From: Patescibacteria group bacterium
Lineage (GTDB): Bacteria; Patescibacteriota; Minisyncoccia; UBA6257; 2-01-FULL-56-20
Direction of reading: 5' to 3'
Length of the DNA stretch: 48,209 nt
NCBI GenBank assembly: GCA_018971305.1
Contig: JAGXBC010000005.1
Span: forward strand, 1 to 48,209
Shown here: in pieces, positions 36,562-44,337 of the stretch
Layout: each line of letters opens with the position of its first letter
Numbering within the stretch: the stretch's first letter is position 1
Notes under the pieces: generated by a model
The model's input: only the letters and a program-made list of their open reading frames with translations
Told to the model about the DNA's origin: nothing
The model's database searches: none
Translations under genes and position numbers: made by a program

Positions 36562-37665
36562 ATGGCATTAGCACTCTATCGCAAATATCGCCCAAAAAAA
36601 CTGGAGAATCTTCTCGGACAGGAAACTAACGTCCAAATATTAAAAAATGCCGCCAAAAGCGGTAAGTTGGGACACGCTTATTTGTTTTACGGCCCCCGCG
36701 GTACAGGTAAAACCTCCACCGCACGGCTTATAGCTAAACTTTTAAATTGTGAAAAAAGGCGCGACGATGAGAACTTCCGCAAAGTTGGCGAACCATGCAA
36801 TGAATGCCGCAGCTGCCGGGAAATTGACACCCAAACTTCTTTTGATGTTGTTGAAATCGATGCGGCCTCCAACCGCGGAATAGACGAGATCCGCAATTTG
36901 AAAGATGGCATTAGAACCTCTCCCGCCGTAGGCAGTTATAAAGTGTATATCATTGATGAAGTACACATGTTGACCACCGCGGCCTTCAACGCTCTCCTTA
37001 AAACCCTGGAAGAACCTCCGGCTCACGCCGTTCTGATCCTCGCTACTACCGAATACGAGAAGCTTCCGGCAACTATAACTTCCCGCGTGCAAAGATTCCT
37101 TTTTAAGAAGCAACCAAAGGCGAAAATAATGGAAAAATTGGCGGCGGTAGCCGAGGGAGAGAAGATACAAATAGAAGAGCCTGCCCTGGAACTCATAGCC
37201 GCTGTCGCAGAAGGAAGTTTCCGCGACGCCGAATCTCTTCTGGAACAGATAAGTTCTCTGCAAAGTAAAATAGACCTCGCGGCCGTGGAAAGAATCACGG
37301 GCCGAACGGGATTGAAAAAGGTGCGGGAACTTGCCGCACTTATCGCAAAACGGGACTTAGGCAATTCCATAAAATATCTCACAGCTCTTAACGAAGAGGG
37401 GCATAACTTGACCCAGTTTACCAAAGACCTGATCCATTACTGGCGCAGAGTCCTTGCGCTGAAGATGAGTCCCGGCGTGGAACAGGCTCTCCGAGGAGAA
37501 CTTATATCCGAAGAGCTTGAGGAGGTTAAAAAATTAGGCGCAACAGTGGATACCCCCTTTATGGTTAAACTTATAAAATCGCTGATAATCGCCTACTCCG
37601 AGATGCGCTATTCGCCGTTCGCCGCCGTGCCGCTGGAGGTGGTGTTGATTGAAAACCTGTCCTAA
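36562..37665 (+). CDS. dnaX: DNA polymerase III subunit gamma/tau (short form)
   Basis: LYRKYRPKKLENLLGQE, Walker A GPRGTGKTS, a CxxCxxC zinc module and the sensor SRVQRF are present. Confidence 0.92.
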   Translation: MALALYRKYRPKKLENLLGQETNVQILKNAAKSGKLGHAYLFYGPRGTGKTSTARLIAKLLNCEKRRDDENFRKVGEPCNECRSCREIDTQTSFDVVEIDAASNRGIDEIRNLKDGIRTSPAVGSYKVYIIDEVHMLTTAAFNALLKTLEEPPAHAVLILATTEYEKLPATITSRVQRFLFKKQPKAKIMEKLAAVAEGEKIQIEEPALELIAAVAEGSFRDAESLLEQISSLQSKIDLAAVERITGRTGLKKVRELAALIAKRDLGNSIKYLTALNEEGHNLTQFTKDLIHYWRRVLALKMSPGVEQALRGELISEELEEVKKLGATVDTPFMVKLIKSLIIAYSEMRYSPFAAVPLEVVLIENLS

Positions 37666-37705
37666 ACGCGCGGCACGAATCATTGCGGTATCGCGAGAAA
37701 CCAAG

Positions 37706-38329
37706 ATGGATAAAAATAAACAATACGAAAATCCCGTTGAACAAGTGATGTTTATCCTTGGATTTAAGCATGATCCGAAATTCAAGACCAGTCTAGAAGC
37801 TATGGCTTTCGGTGAAAATCCGGGCGCAAGAAATGCCGCAGAGGAGGCCATGATCTCTAGTGCCATTTCCGCCAATTTTATCGCTCTTTCACATATGATT
37901 AAAAATTTGCAAGAAGCAGATTTGACTAGGCAAATGAAGGAGGGGGTTTACAAAATAATCCTAGAAGGGCTTAATGAGAAACATTATGGAGGAAAGTGGT
38001 TTGATGCGCGGAAAATAATACCCGAGAATTGGATAAATATGGAAAAATATTCTAATATCTTTGCCCGCGACAATAATGTTTTTTGTTTACCAGAGCCTTA
38101 TTACAAAATATTATATTGCAACCTACCCTATATGTCGTCAGATTTTGAACGTGAATTAAAAATAGGGCGACTCAAGCGAGAACTTAAAATGGTTACTAAT
38201 CGATTAGATGACTGCAAAAGGCAGAAACCTATCAAATCTGTCCAAAAGTTGAGATGGCGTAATCAACTCAAAAGACTAAAATCGTGGCGAACTAGACTTC
38301 TTGATAATATTAACGATTTAAACGATTGA
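37706..38329 (+). CDS. Hypothetical protein with basic C-terminus
   Basis: The ATG-initiated ORF is 207 aa (the track start at 37649 is a TTG overlapping dnaX). I recognise no family. Confidence 0.55.
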   Translation: MDKNKQYENPVEQVMFILGFKHDPKFKTSLEAMAFGENPGARNAAEEAMISSAISANFIALSHMIKNLQEADLTRQMKEGVYKIILEGLNEKHYGGKWFDARKIIPENWINMEKYSNIFARDNNVFCLPEPYYKILYCNLPYMSSDFERELKIGRLKRELKMVTNRLDDCKRQKPIKSVQKLRWRNQLKRLKSWRTRLLDNINDLND

Positions 38330-38342
38330 TTAGGGGAAAAAT

Positions 38343-38840
38343 TCACCTCGTCGCCGATATGCTGGTTCCGAGTTCCGCCGCGGGAGCGCTTATGGTTATT
38401 CTTCCCGTAGTTGAGGACTGTGATATCGTGTAACCGGTGTCATAGTCCGTAACGCTCGTGTAGTGCGCGCTTGTGGTCGCCGGATCGTATGGAAGTTTCT
38501 CCAGGTATACAGAAACAAGGCAGGGCGCAATGTTGTAACTTCCCGCTCCGCTCACCGCCATACGCGACGTAGAAGTTGGCAACGTTCCGGATGAACAGGA
38601 AAACTTTCCTTCATTATCCGAGGAATTTTGCCCAACCGCTCCCAAGATGACATTTATATCGGAGATACGCTTGGCATTCCTGCTTTTGGCAATTTGATCC
38701 GTGGGATTGATGGCGACTATCGCGAACACTCCGATCATTATTAAAATAGTCATAGTTACCACAAGTTCCAAAAGCGTAAATCCTTCCCGTGAAACGGCAT
38801 GATTTTTGCTTATTTGCTTAAGGTGAATTTTATATCCCAT
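38343..38840 (-). CDS. Type IV pilin-like protein (prepilin N-terminus)
   Basis: It has the class III signal ...REG|FTLLELVVTMTILIMIG with Glu at +5. Confidence 0.8.
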   Translation of the reverse strand: MGYKIHLKQISKNHAVSREGFTLLELVVTMTILIMIGVFAIVAINPTDQIAKSRNAKRISDINVILGAVGQNSSDNEGKFSCSSGTLPTSTSRMAVSGAGSYNIAPCLVSVYLEKLPYDPATTSAHYTSVTDYDTGYTISQSSTTGRITISAPAAELGTSISATR

Positions 38841-38857
38841 GTTCTAAGTGTAAAAAC

Positions 38858-39271
38858 CTAAAAGTTTTGGACTTCCTCCCATCCTAAAATAGAAACGGTG
38901 GATGTGGCAACCGTGACCTTATAGTTAGTATACGAATTTTGGAAAATTCCTTGTGCCGAGATAACTCTTCCCGTTCCTCCGCTCACAACGGAAACGATCC
39001 GGCACGTATCGCTTGCCACGTTAATCGTTTCGTTGCCGGAATAATTAGGATTGGAAGTTAAATCCAAAAGCCCGGTCTCCACACAGGCCCCGGCAAGCGC
39101 ACGGCTTCTTTCTTTAAAATAGGAGTTCGCGATATTTATGCGATGCAGATATGTTCCCTGCCCCAGCGTTAAAATAATCACCACAACAACGGCAGAGATG
39201 ATCAAAGCCGAAAGCAGGGCGATATAACCGCCCCTTTGCCGAAGAATTTTGTTTTTAATGTCATTAATCAT
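38858..39271 (-). CDS. Putative minor pseudopilin-like protein
   Basis: The N-terminus has a basic leader followed by the hydrophobic helix RGGYIALLSALIISAVVVVIIL, with no Glu at +5. Its start overlaps the upstream gene's stop in an ATGA junction. Confidence 0.55.
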   Translation of the reverse strand: MINDIKNKILRQRGGYIALLSALIISAVVVVIILTLGQGTYLHRINIANSYFKERSRALAGACVETGLLDLTSNPNYSGNETINVASDTCRIVSVVSGGTGRVISAQGIFQNSYTNYKVTVATSTVSILGWEEVQNF

Positions 39272-39792
39272 CTCAAATAAATAGTGTCCGTAATCGTAGT
39301 GGAGGCCGACGGGCGGGTTATGTCCGCCGAGAAAACTCCAAGCGTAACTTTTATCGCCTCCGGAGCACTTTGCACGGCAGGCAGGTGTTCAAAAATAAGC
39401 TGACTAACATATACCCTGCTTGAGCCCAAGATAATCGCTTGTCCCCCGCCCTCGGAAATAGTGAGGTTCCTGGAGCCTAGGTCAAAAACAATGGGATTGC
39501 TTGCGTAATTGTATTTATTTACCGAAAGGACAGTAGAAGTAGTGTTTATCGCGGGCTGATTTATGGTTTGAGCCCCGGTCAACGCCCAAATGATTTTCTG
39601 CATCATAAAATTGGATTCGGCATCAACTTCCACGCGATTCACCTGTTGGCTGTTACCGCTCAATATCTGAAAGAATATTACAAGCACCAAGCTGGAAACC
39701 AAAGAAAACAGCCCGATATAAATCACTGTTTCAAAAAGCGTAAATCCTGTTTTACTATGGCGTGCTGTTATTTTTTTTATTATTGGTTCCAT
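39268..39792 (-). CDS. Type IV pilin-like protein (prepilin N-terminus)
   Basis: The prepilin signal is KTG|FTLFETVIYIGLFSLV. Confidence 0.75.
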   Translation of the reverse strand: MEPIIKKITARHSKTGFTLFETVIYIGLFSLVSSLVLVIFFQILSGNSQQVNRVEVDAESNFMMQKIIWALTGAQTINQPAINTTSTVLSVNKYNYASNPIVFDLGSRNLTISEGGGQAIILGSSRVYVSQLIFEHLPAVQSAPEAIKVTLGVFSADITRPSASTTITDTIYLR

Positions 39793-39817
39793 TATCTATA
39801 TTTCTTACTCATTATAT

Positions 39818-41287
39818 TTACTTAGAAGTGATTATCCTCAAGGCATCGTTACTGCGGACAGAAACGTAAACAAGGTTGCTTTCGTAATCTATGGCAGTAG
39901 CTATGTTGGGGAAATTAAAAGAACTTATCTTGACGATTGCGGCGGGATTCGCAATATTATAAACCTGAAACTCGCTATTCGTATCGGAGGTACCGACAAA
40001 TCCCAGGTAGTCCCTGACGCGGATTCCAGTTACGTCCGAACCGACATTAATGGAACCAAGGCTGGTAACCGCCGCTGGATTCGTTACATCCAAAATATCA
40101 AATCCGTCGTTCGCGCCGTTTGCCCTGCCCAAATAATATTTGGTTCCGACCAAATATCCGCTCAAACCATCGTAAGATCCTGGCGCGTCAAATCCCCCGA
40201 TTTCAGTTATAGAAGCCGGATTCGTAACATCCAATATCGTAAGCTCACCATTATCCGCTGAGGTCGCGAGGTATGCCGTATTACCACTTACGTAAATGGA
40301 ATTGACGTCCGCGCCCAGCTCAAAACTTCCAATCTCTGACGGAGCGATAGGATTGCTTACATCAATCACATGGAATTCCGGTCCTGTGGCCGTCTTCGTA
40401 CCTATATATATCTTATTGTTGCTATAAAATATGGTATTGCCTACGCCACCGCTTCCAGAAACTCCGGGCAATGTATATGAAGCTACGAGAAAAGGAGCTG
40501 ATCCGTTTGATATATCAATTACCTGCAACTGAGAAGTTGTTTTATTATTCGCCACGTAAGCATAATTGCCAGCAGCATCTATTGCGTTTAAACCGGGACC
40601 GGTATCAAGATTAGAAACGATATATGGCGCCTGGCCATTCGTGGCATTCACCACGAAAAAGTCTGGCTTGGTCTGGGCCGAAGCCACCGCTGTCATATAA
40701 ATAATGCCGTTGATAACGTCCAGTCCGGTAGCCGATTCTCCCGGGCCCAAGTCTATTGACCCAAGAGTCTGAGGATTGGTCCAATCACCGCCCACTCCTC
40801 CTCCGCCGCTATCGCCACCGGAAGACTGTATTCCGTACCAATTCGTTACCAGGGTTGCCAATTCGACGTTCTGAACGCGCTGCGGGTCAGTTTGCCAGCT
40901 GACCTTACTGGTAACTTGTTTTGTGCTCGTGCTGATGTTTGTTACGGTTATTTCTTCAAGGAATTCGCTCTCGGTGCTGGAAGAAGATGCTAAACCGTTA
41001 AAATTGTAACGCGCACTCGCCACCACTGATTCCAAATTTTTCTGAGCCAAACGCAGGGCCTGATTACTTTCGGCGCTGTCCAAAGAAAGCGATTGCCCGC
41101 CGAATATCACAAGCACCGCGCTCATAAGCGCGACAGTAAGAACAACTAAAGCAATTAATATCTCCAGTGTTGACTGGCCCTTTTGATCATAGAACGGCAA
41201 CCATAGAGCATGGAATAATTTAAAGCGCTCCACCCCATGTTCCATGTTCTGTGTCCTATGTTCTATGTTCTGTGTTTTATGTTCCAT
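39818..41287 (-). CDS. Pilin-like N-terminus fused to LVIVD-repeat beta-propeller domain
   Basis: The prepilin-type helix is KG|QSTLEILIALVVLTVAL. Behind it are repeated ~45-aa units ending in motifs such as LQVIDISN, FHVIDVSN, LTILDVTN, FDILDVTN and FQVYNIAN. The start may be M1 (41287) or M15 (41245). Confidence 0.75.
   Translation of the reverse strand: MEHKTQNIEHRTQNMEHGVERFKLFHALWLPFYDQKGQSTLEILIALVVLTVALMSAVLVIFGGQSLSLDSAESNQALRLAQKNLESVVASARYNFNGLASSSSTESEFLEEITVTNISTSTKQVTSKVSWQTDPQRVQNVELATLVTNWYGIQSSGGDSGGGGVGGDWTNPQTLGSIDLGPGESATGLDVINGIIYMTAVASAQTKPDFFVVNATNGQAPYIVSNLDTGPGLNAIDAAGNYAYVANNKTTSQLQVIDISNGSAPFLVASYTLPGVSGSGGVGNTIFYSNNKIYIGTKTATGPEFHVIDVSNPIAPSEIGSFELGADVNSIYVSGNTAYLATSADNGELTILDVTNPASITEIGGFDAPGSYDGLSGYLVGTKYYLGRANGANDGFDILDVTNPAAVTSLGSINVGSDVTGIRVRDYLGFVGTSDTNSEFQVYNIANPAAIVKISSFNFPNIATAIDYESNLVYVSVRSNDALRIITSK
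41237..41287 (-). repeat. 21-bp tandem repeat (2.4 copies) at the 5' end of the LVIVD-pilin ORF
   Basis: The minus strand reads ATGGAACATAAAACACAGAAC / ATAGAACATAGGACACAGAAC / ATGGAACAT.... The first two units match at 18 of 21 positions and are in frame (MEHKTQN IEHRTQN MEH). Confidence 0.7.
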
Positions 41288-41300
41288 ATTATATATTCGT

Positions 41301-41735
41301 TCACCAGTTTATCCTTCCTTCTCCATTCACACTCACGCTAAACCCTCCCGTGTTGTTATAAAAAGCCATGGTTCCGGAAACATTGGAGCTGCCGTTAATG
41401 GCGCTGAAAACTATCTCTGACGGCCCGCTCAGGGAAATTCCGCCAGCCCTATTGAAGACCTCGTCAAAATCCGCGTTGCGCGCGGCATAAGAGTTCCCCT
41501 GGAAAACAGTATAGCTGGCGTCCGTAATATAAAGTCCGTGGTTAGCCTGATTATAATTATCAAGCGCCAAGCTTCTTGCCCGATGAAGCAGATTAACAAT
41601 GGAATCACGCTCGGAAACCAAAACCTGGCTGGCATAGAACTGATAGCCTATTTGCAAAACGTAACCGAATATTATTGCAAGCAAAGCTATCACAACCACC
41701 AATTCAATAAGCGTAAATCCCCTTTCGTTGGTCAT
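41301..41735 (-). CDS. Type IV pilin-like protein (prepilin N-terminus)
   Basis: The sequence begins MTNERG|FTLIELVVVIALLAII. The first codon in the track is TTG, so I used the following ATG. Confidence 0.8.
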   Translation of the reverse strand: MTNERGFTLIELVVVIALLAIIFGYVLQIGYQFYASQVLVSERDSIVNLLHRARSLALDNYNQANHGLYITDASYTVFQGNSYAARNADFDEVFNRAGGISLSGPSEIVFSAINGSSNVSGTMAFYNNTGGFSVSVNGEGRINW

Positions 41736-41747
41736 CAATAAATAGTT

Positions 41748-42824
41748 TTAGCTGACTCCCTGGGTAATAGTATAGATAGGCGTGATGATGGAAACAGCTA
41801 CAAAACCAACAATAAGACCCATAAGCAGAAGCAAGAGCGGCTCTATAAGTGCAGTCAGATTTTGGATTTTGAGTTCGGCTTCCTCGCGGTAATAGTCGGC
41901 GAGATAAGACAAGTTGTCCTCCAAATTTCCGGTATTCTCTCCTATCTCAATAAGTCCGGACAAGAGCATGGGAAAAATCGCTTTATGCACGGAAAGATAT
42001 TGGGCCAGCTGCTCGCCCTTTTTTATCTCGCTGGCGGCTTTATTCAGCGAGCTCTGGTAGACAAGATTACCGAAAGTGTCGGCGGTGATATTCACCGCTT
42101 CAACTATTTTAATCCCACCCCGCAAGAGCACAGCAAGAATCCTTGTGAAATTGGCCATATTAACATCCACGATAAGCGGAGAAAATACAGGCAGAAAGAG
42201 CAACAGTCTGTCAAAGAGATAATGGACCGGACGCACGAGAAAAAGAAGTTTAATGCCGATAAAAAATATTATAATGCCTACAATTAGGTACACACCGTTA
42301 GCTATCAAAAATTCCGATGTGGCTATCAGTATGCGCGTGGTAATCGGCAGTTGTACGTGCAAACCCGTAAATATCGGCAAAATTTTGGGGAATGCGAAAA
42401 ACACGAGAAATGAAGTAAGGGCCACGGTGGCCATCATAACTATTATCGGATAGATCATGGCTGAACGTATTTTATTCTTCAAATCGTTGGACTTCTTAAG
42501 TTCGTCCGAAAGATAAGAAAGGTTGGTGGCCAAAGTTCCGCTTGTCTCGCCAACGCGGACGATGTTGACAAAAAATTTATCAAAGACATCGGAAAAATTC
42601 GCCAAACTGTTCGCCAAAAATTGCCCGTTAGATACGTCCGTGCTTATCTTATCTATTATGGAAGCCAGGTATCTTGAGGATGTTTGCTTGCGTATCATTT
42701 TCAATCCTTCCAAAATCGGCAGGCCTGCTTTAATAACTATAGAAAGATGCCGGGCAAAATTAATCTTGTCCTGGATGGAGACGGTGTGAAACAGCCTTCG
42801 GAATAAGATCGGACTATTACTCAT
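41748..42824 (-). CDS. pilC: Type II secretion system F family platform protein (PilC-like)
   Basis: It has two T2SSF repeats and three TM segments. Its position after the ATPase fits this role. Confidence 0.88.
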   Translation of the reverse strand: MSNSPILFRRLFHTVSIQDKINFARHLSIVIKAGLPILEGLKMIRKQTSSRYLASIIDKISTDVSNGQFLANSLANFSDVFDKFFVNIVRVGETSGTLATNLSYLSDELKKSNDLKNKIRSAMIYPIIVMMATVALTSFLVFFAFPKILPIFTGLHVQLPITTRILIATSEFLIANGVYLIVGIIIFFIGIKLLFLVRPVHYLFDRLLLFLPVFSPLIVDVNMANFTRILAVLLRGGIKIVEAVNITADTFGNLVYQSSLNKAASEIKKGEQLAQYLSVHKAIFPMLLSGLIEIGENTGNLEDNLSYLADYYREEAELKIQNLTALIEPLLLLLMGLIVGFVAVSIITPIYTITQGVS

Positions 42825-44052
42825 GGATTATCCTTAAAATTTCTTCTATGGACGTCTGACCCTTCAGGGCTTTCTCCACTCCGTCCTTAATCATAGTCGT
42901 CATGCCATTCTTAACGGCAGCTTCTTTTATTTGACCGGCGTTACCCCTCGTCATAATAAGCTGCCTCACTTCATCGTTAACCTCCAATACCTCGCGGATG
43001 CCCATTCTGCCCCTATAGCCAGTGTTGCCGCATTCATCGCAGCCCTTCGGGGCGTAGAAAACGCGGTCACTTTCCCCTATCTCGGGAATAAGCTCGGCAA
43101 CGCTTTTCGCTTCGCTTACCGAGAGAACCTTTTTTATTTTGCATTTTTGGCAAAGCGTTCGCACCAAGCGCTGGCCGATAGCGATGTTTACGGTTGAAGC
43201 AACAAGGAACGGTGGCACACCCATGTCCATCAGACGCGGGAATGTTGTCGCCGCATCGTTCGTGTGTAAAGTGGAAAGCACGAGATGGCCCGTTAGCGCC
43301 GCCTGCACCGAGATACCCGCAGTCTCCGTGTCTCTAATTTCTCCGACCATAATAACGTTCGGGTCTTGGCGGAGGATGGAACGCAGGCCGTTCGCGAACG
43401 TAAGCCCCGCAGTTTCGTTTATCTGTATCTGCGTTGTTCCCTCCAAGGAATATTCTATCGGGTCTTCAATTGTGATAATTGAAGCTGTGGAGCTATTTAA
43501 TCGTTTTAAAATCGTATAAAGCGTAGTGGTTTTCCCGGAACCGGTCGGACCGTTAGCAAGAATCATGCCGTAGGGCTTATCTATGGCCGCTTCTATCTTT
43601 TTAAGATCCACGTCTTGAAAACCAAGGTCTTCAAGTCCGAAATTTTGCGTCTCGGCAAGCACGCGCATAATGGCGTTCTCGCCGTAATATGTGGGCATAA
43701 CGGAAACACGCACGTCTACGTCTCCGAAATCCTCGATCTTCACTTTCAGGCGTCCGTCCTGTGGCAGAAAATGTTCGTCGGTGCGCAGACCGGAGAGAAC
43801 CTTGATGCGAGATATGACCTCCTGGTTCAATTCTTCACTGATAACTAATTTTTGGAATACATCTTGAAGAAGTCCGTCAATTCTGAAGCGCAAACGCGTC
43901 CCCTTTTTGGTAGGTTCTATGTGAATGTCCGATGCCTTGGTGCTGTAGGCATATTCCACGAGCAAGTCCACAAGATTAATAACGGAAATCTTCTCAAACG
44001 GCTGAACAAGCTGGGTTTCAATAAAAGATCTCAACGATTTGATATCGCGCAT
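42817..44052 (-). CDS. pilB: GspE/PilB family secretion ATPase (short, no N-terminal GSPII domain)
   Basis: Walker A GPTGSGKTT, the Asp box, Walker B IMVGEIRD, the His box and the tetracysteine CQKC...CDEC are present. Confidence 0.9.
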   Translation of the reverse strand: MRDIKSLRSFIETQLVQPFEKISVINLVDLLVEYAYSTKASDIHIEPTKKGTRLRFRIDGLLQDVFQKLVISEELNQEVISRIKVLSGLRTDEHFLPQDGRLKVKIEDFGDVDVRVSVMPTYYGENAIMRVLAETQNFGLEDLGFQDVDLKKIEAAIDKPYGMILANGPTGSGKTTTLYTILKRLNSSTASIITIEDPIEYSLEGTTQIQINETAGLTFANGLRSILRQDPNVIMVGEIRDTETAGISVQAALTGHLVLSTLHTNDAATTFPRLMDMGVPPFLVASTVNIAIGQRLVRTLCQKCKIKKVLSVSEAKSVAELIPEIGESDRVFYAPKGCDECGNTGYRGRMGIREVLEVNDEVRQLIMTRGNAGQIKEAAVKNGMTTMIKDGVEKALKGQTSIEEILRIIHE

Positions 44053-44058
44053 AATTTT

Positions 44059-44067
44059 ATTATATCA
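44059..44067 (-). promoter_or_regulatory. Candidate extended -10 promoter (TGaTATAAT) of the pilus operon, leaderless configuration
   Basis: On the minus strand TGATATAAT is followed by 6 nt and then the pilB ATG at 44052. There is no SD. Confidence 0.45.
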
Positions 44068-44098
44068 TACTAAAGCAGTTTTATTGGATAAAATCTCT

Positions 44099-44169
44099 TG
44101 CCGGATCATCTAATGGTAGGATAATGGACTCTGAATCCATTCATCTTGGTTCGAATCCAAGTCCGGCAG
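44099..44169 (+). tRNA. tRNA-Gln (anticodon CTG), no encoded CCA
   Basis: I folded the cloverleaf by hand. The acceptor stem is TGCCGGA/TCCGGCA and the D arm is ATCT-AATGGTA-GGAT. The anticodon arm is ATGGA-CTCTGAA-TCCAT and the T arm is CTTGG-TTCGAAT-CCAAG. The discriminator base is G. Confidence 0.9.
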
Positions 44170-44286
44170 CTACGAGAGGCGCAGTATCGAGGGTGATGCG
44201 AGAGCATCAAATCCTCGCCGAACTGCACTCGTTATCTCCGCACCGTAAATAGCATAACTGCTGAGCGCAGCATTCAGAACAAAAAC

Positions 44287-44308
44287 CGCCGATTACTCGG
44301 CGATTTTT
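44287..44308. terminator. Bidirectional rho-independent terminator
   Basis: The hairpin CGCCGA-TTAC-TCGGCG is flanked by AAAAA and TTTTT. It lies downstream of both the tRNA and the 574-aa ORF. Confidence 0.6.
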
Positions 44309-44337
44309 GTTTTCGATAGTGTCCCTAAAATTGGTGG

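Noticed and set aside
36590-36602. The A-rich CCAAAAAAACTG stretch in dnaX as a gamma/tau frameshift site.
   Set aside because: It lies at codons ~11-13, far upstream of where tau/gamma frameshifting occurs. The protein is already a short gamma-like form.
39268-39271. An alternative genetic code with UGA reassigned, as in some CPR lineages.
   Set aside because: An ATGA stop/start overlap here uses TGA as a stop. All long housekeeping ORFs are also intact under the standard code.
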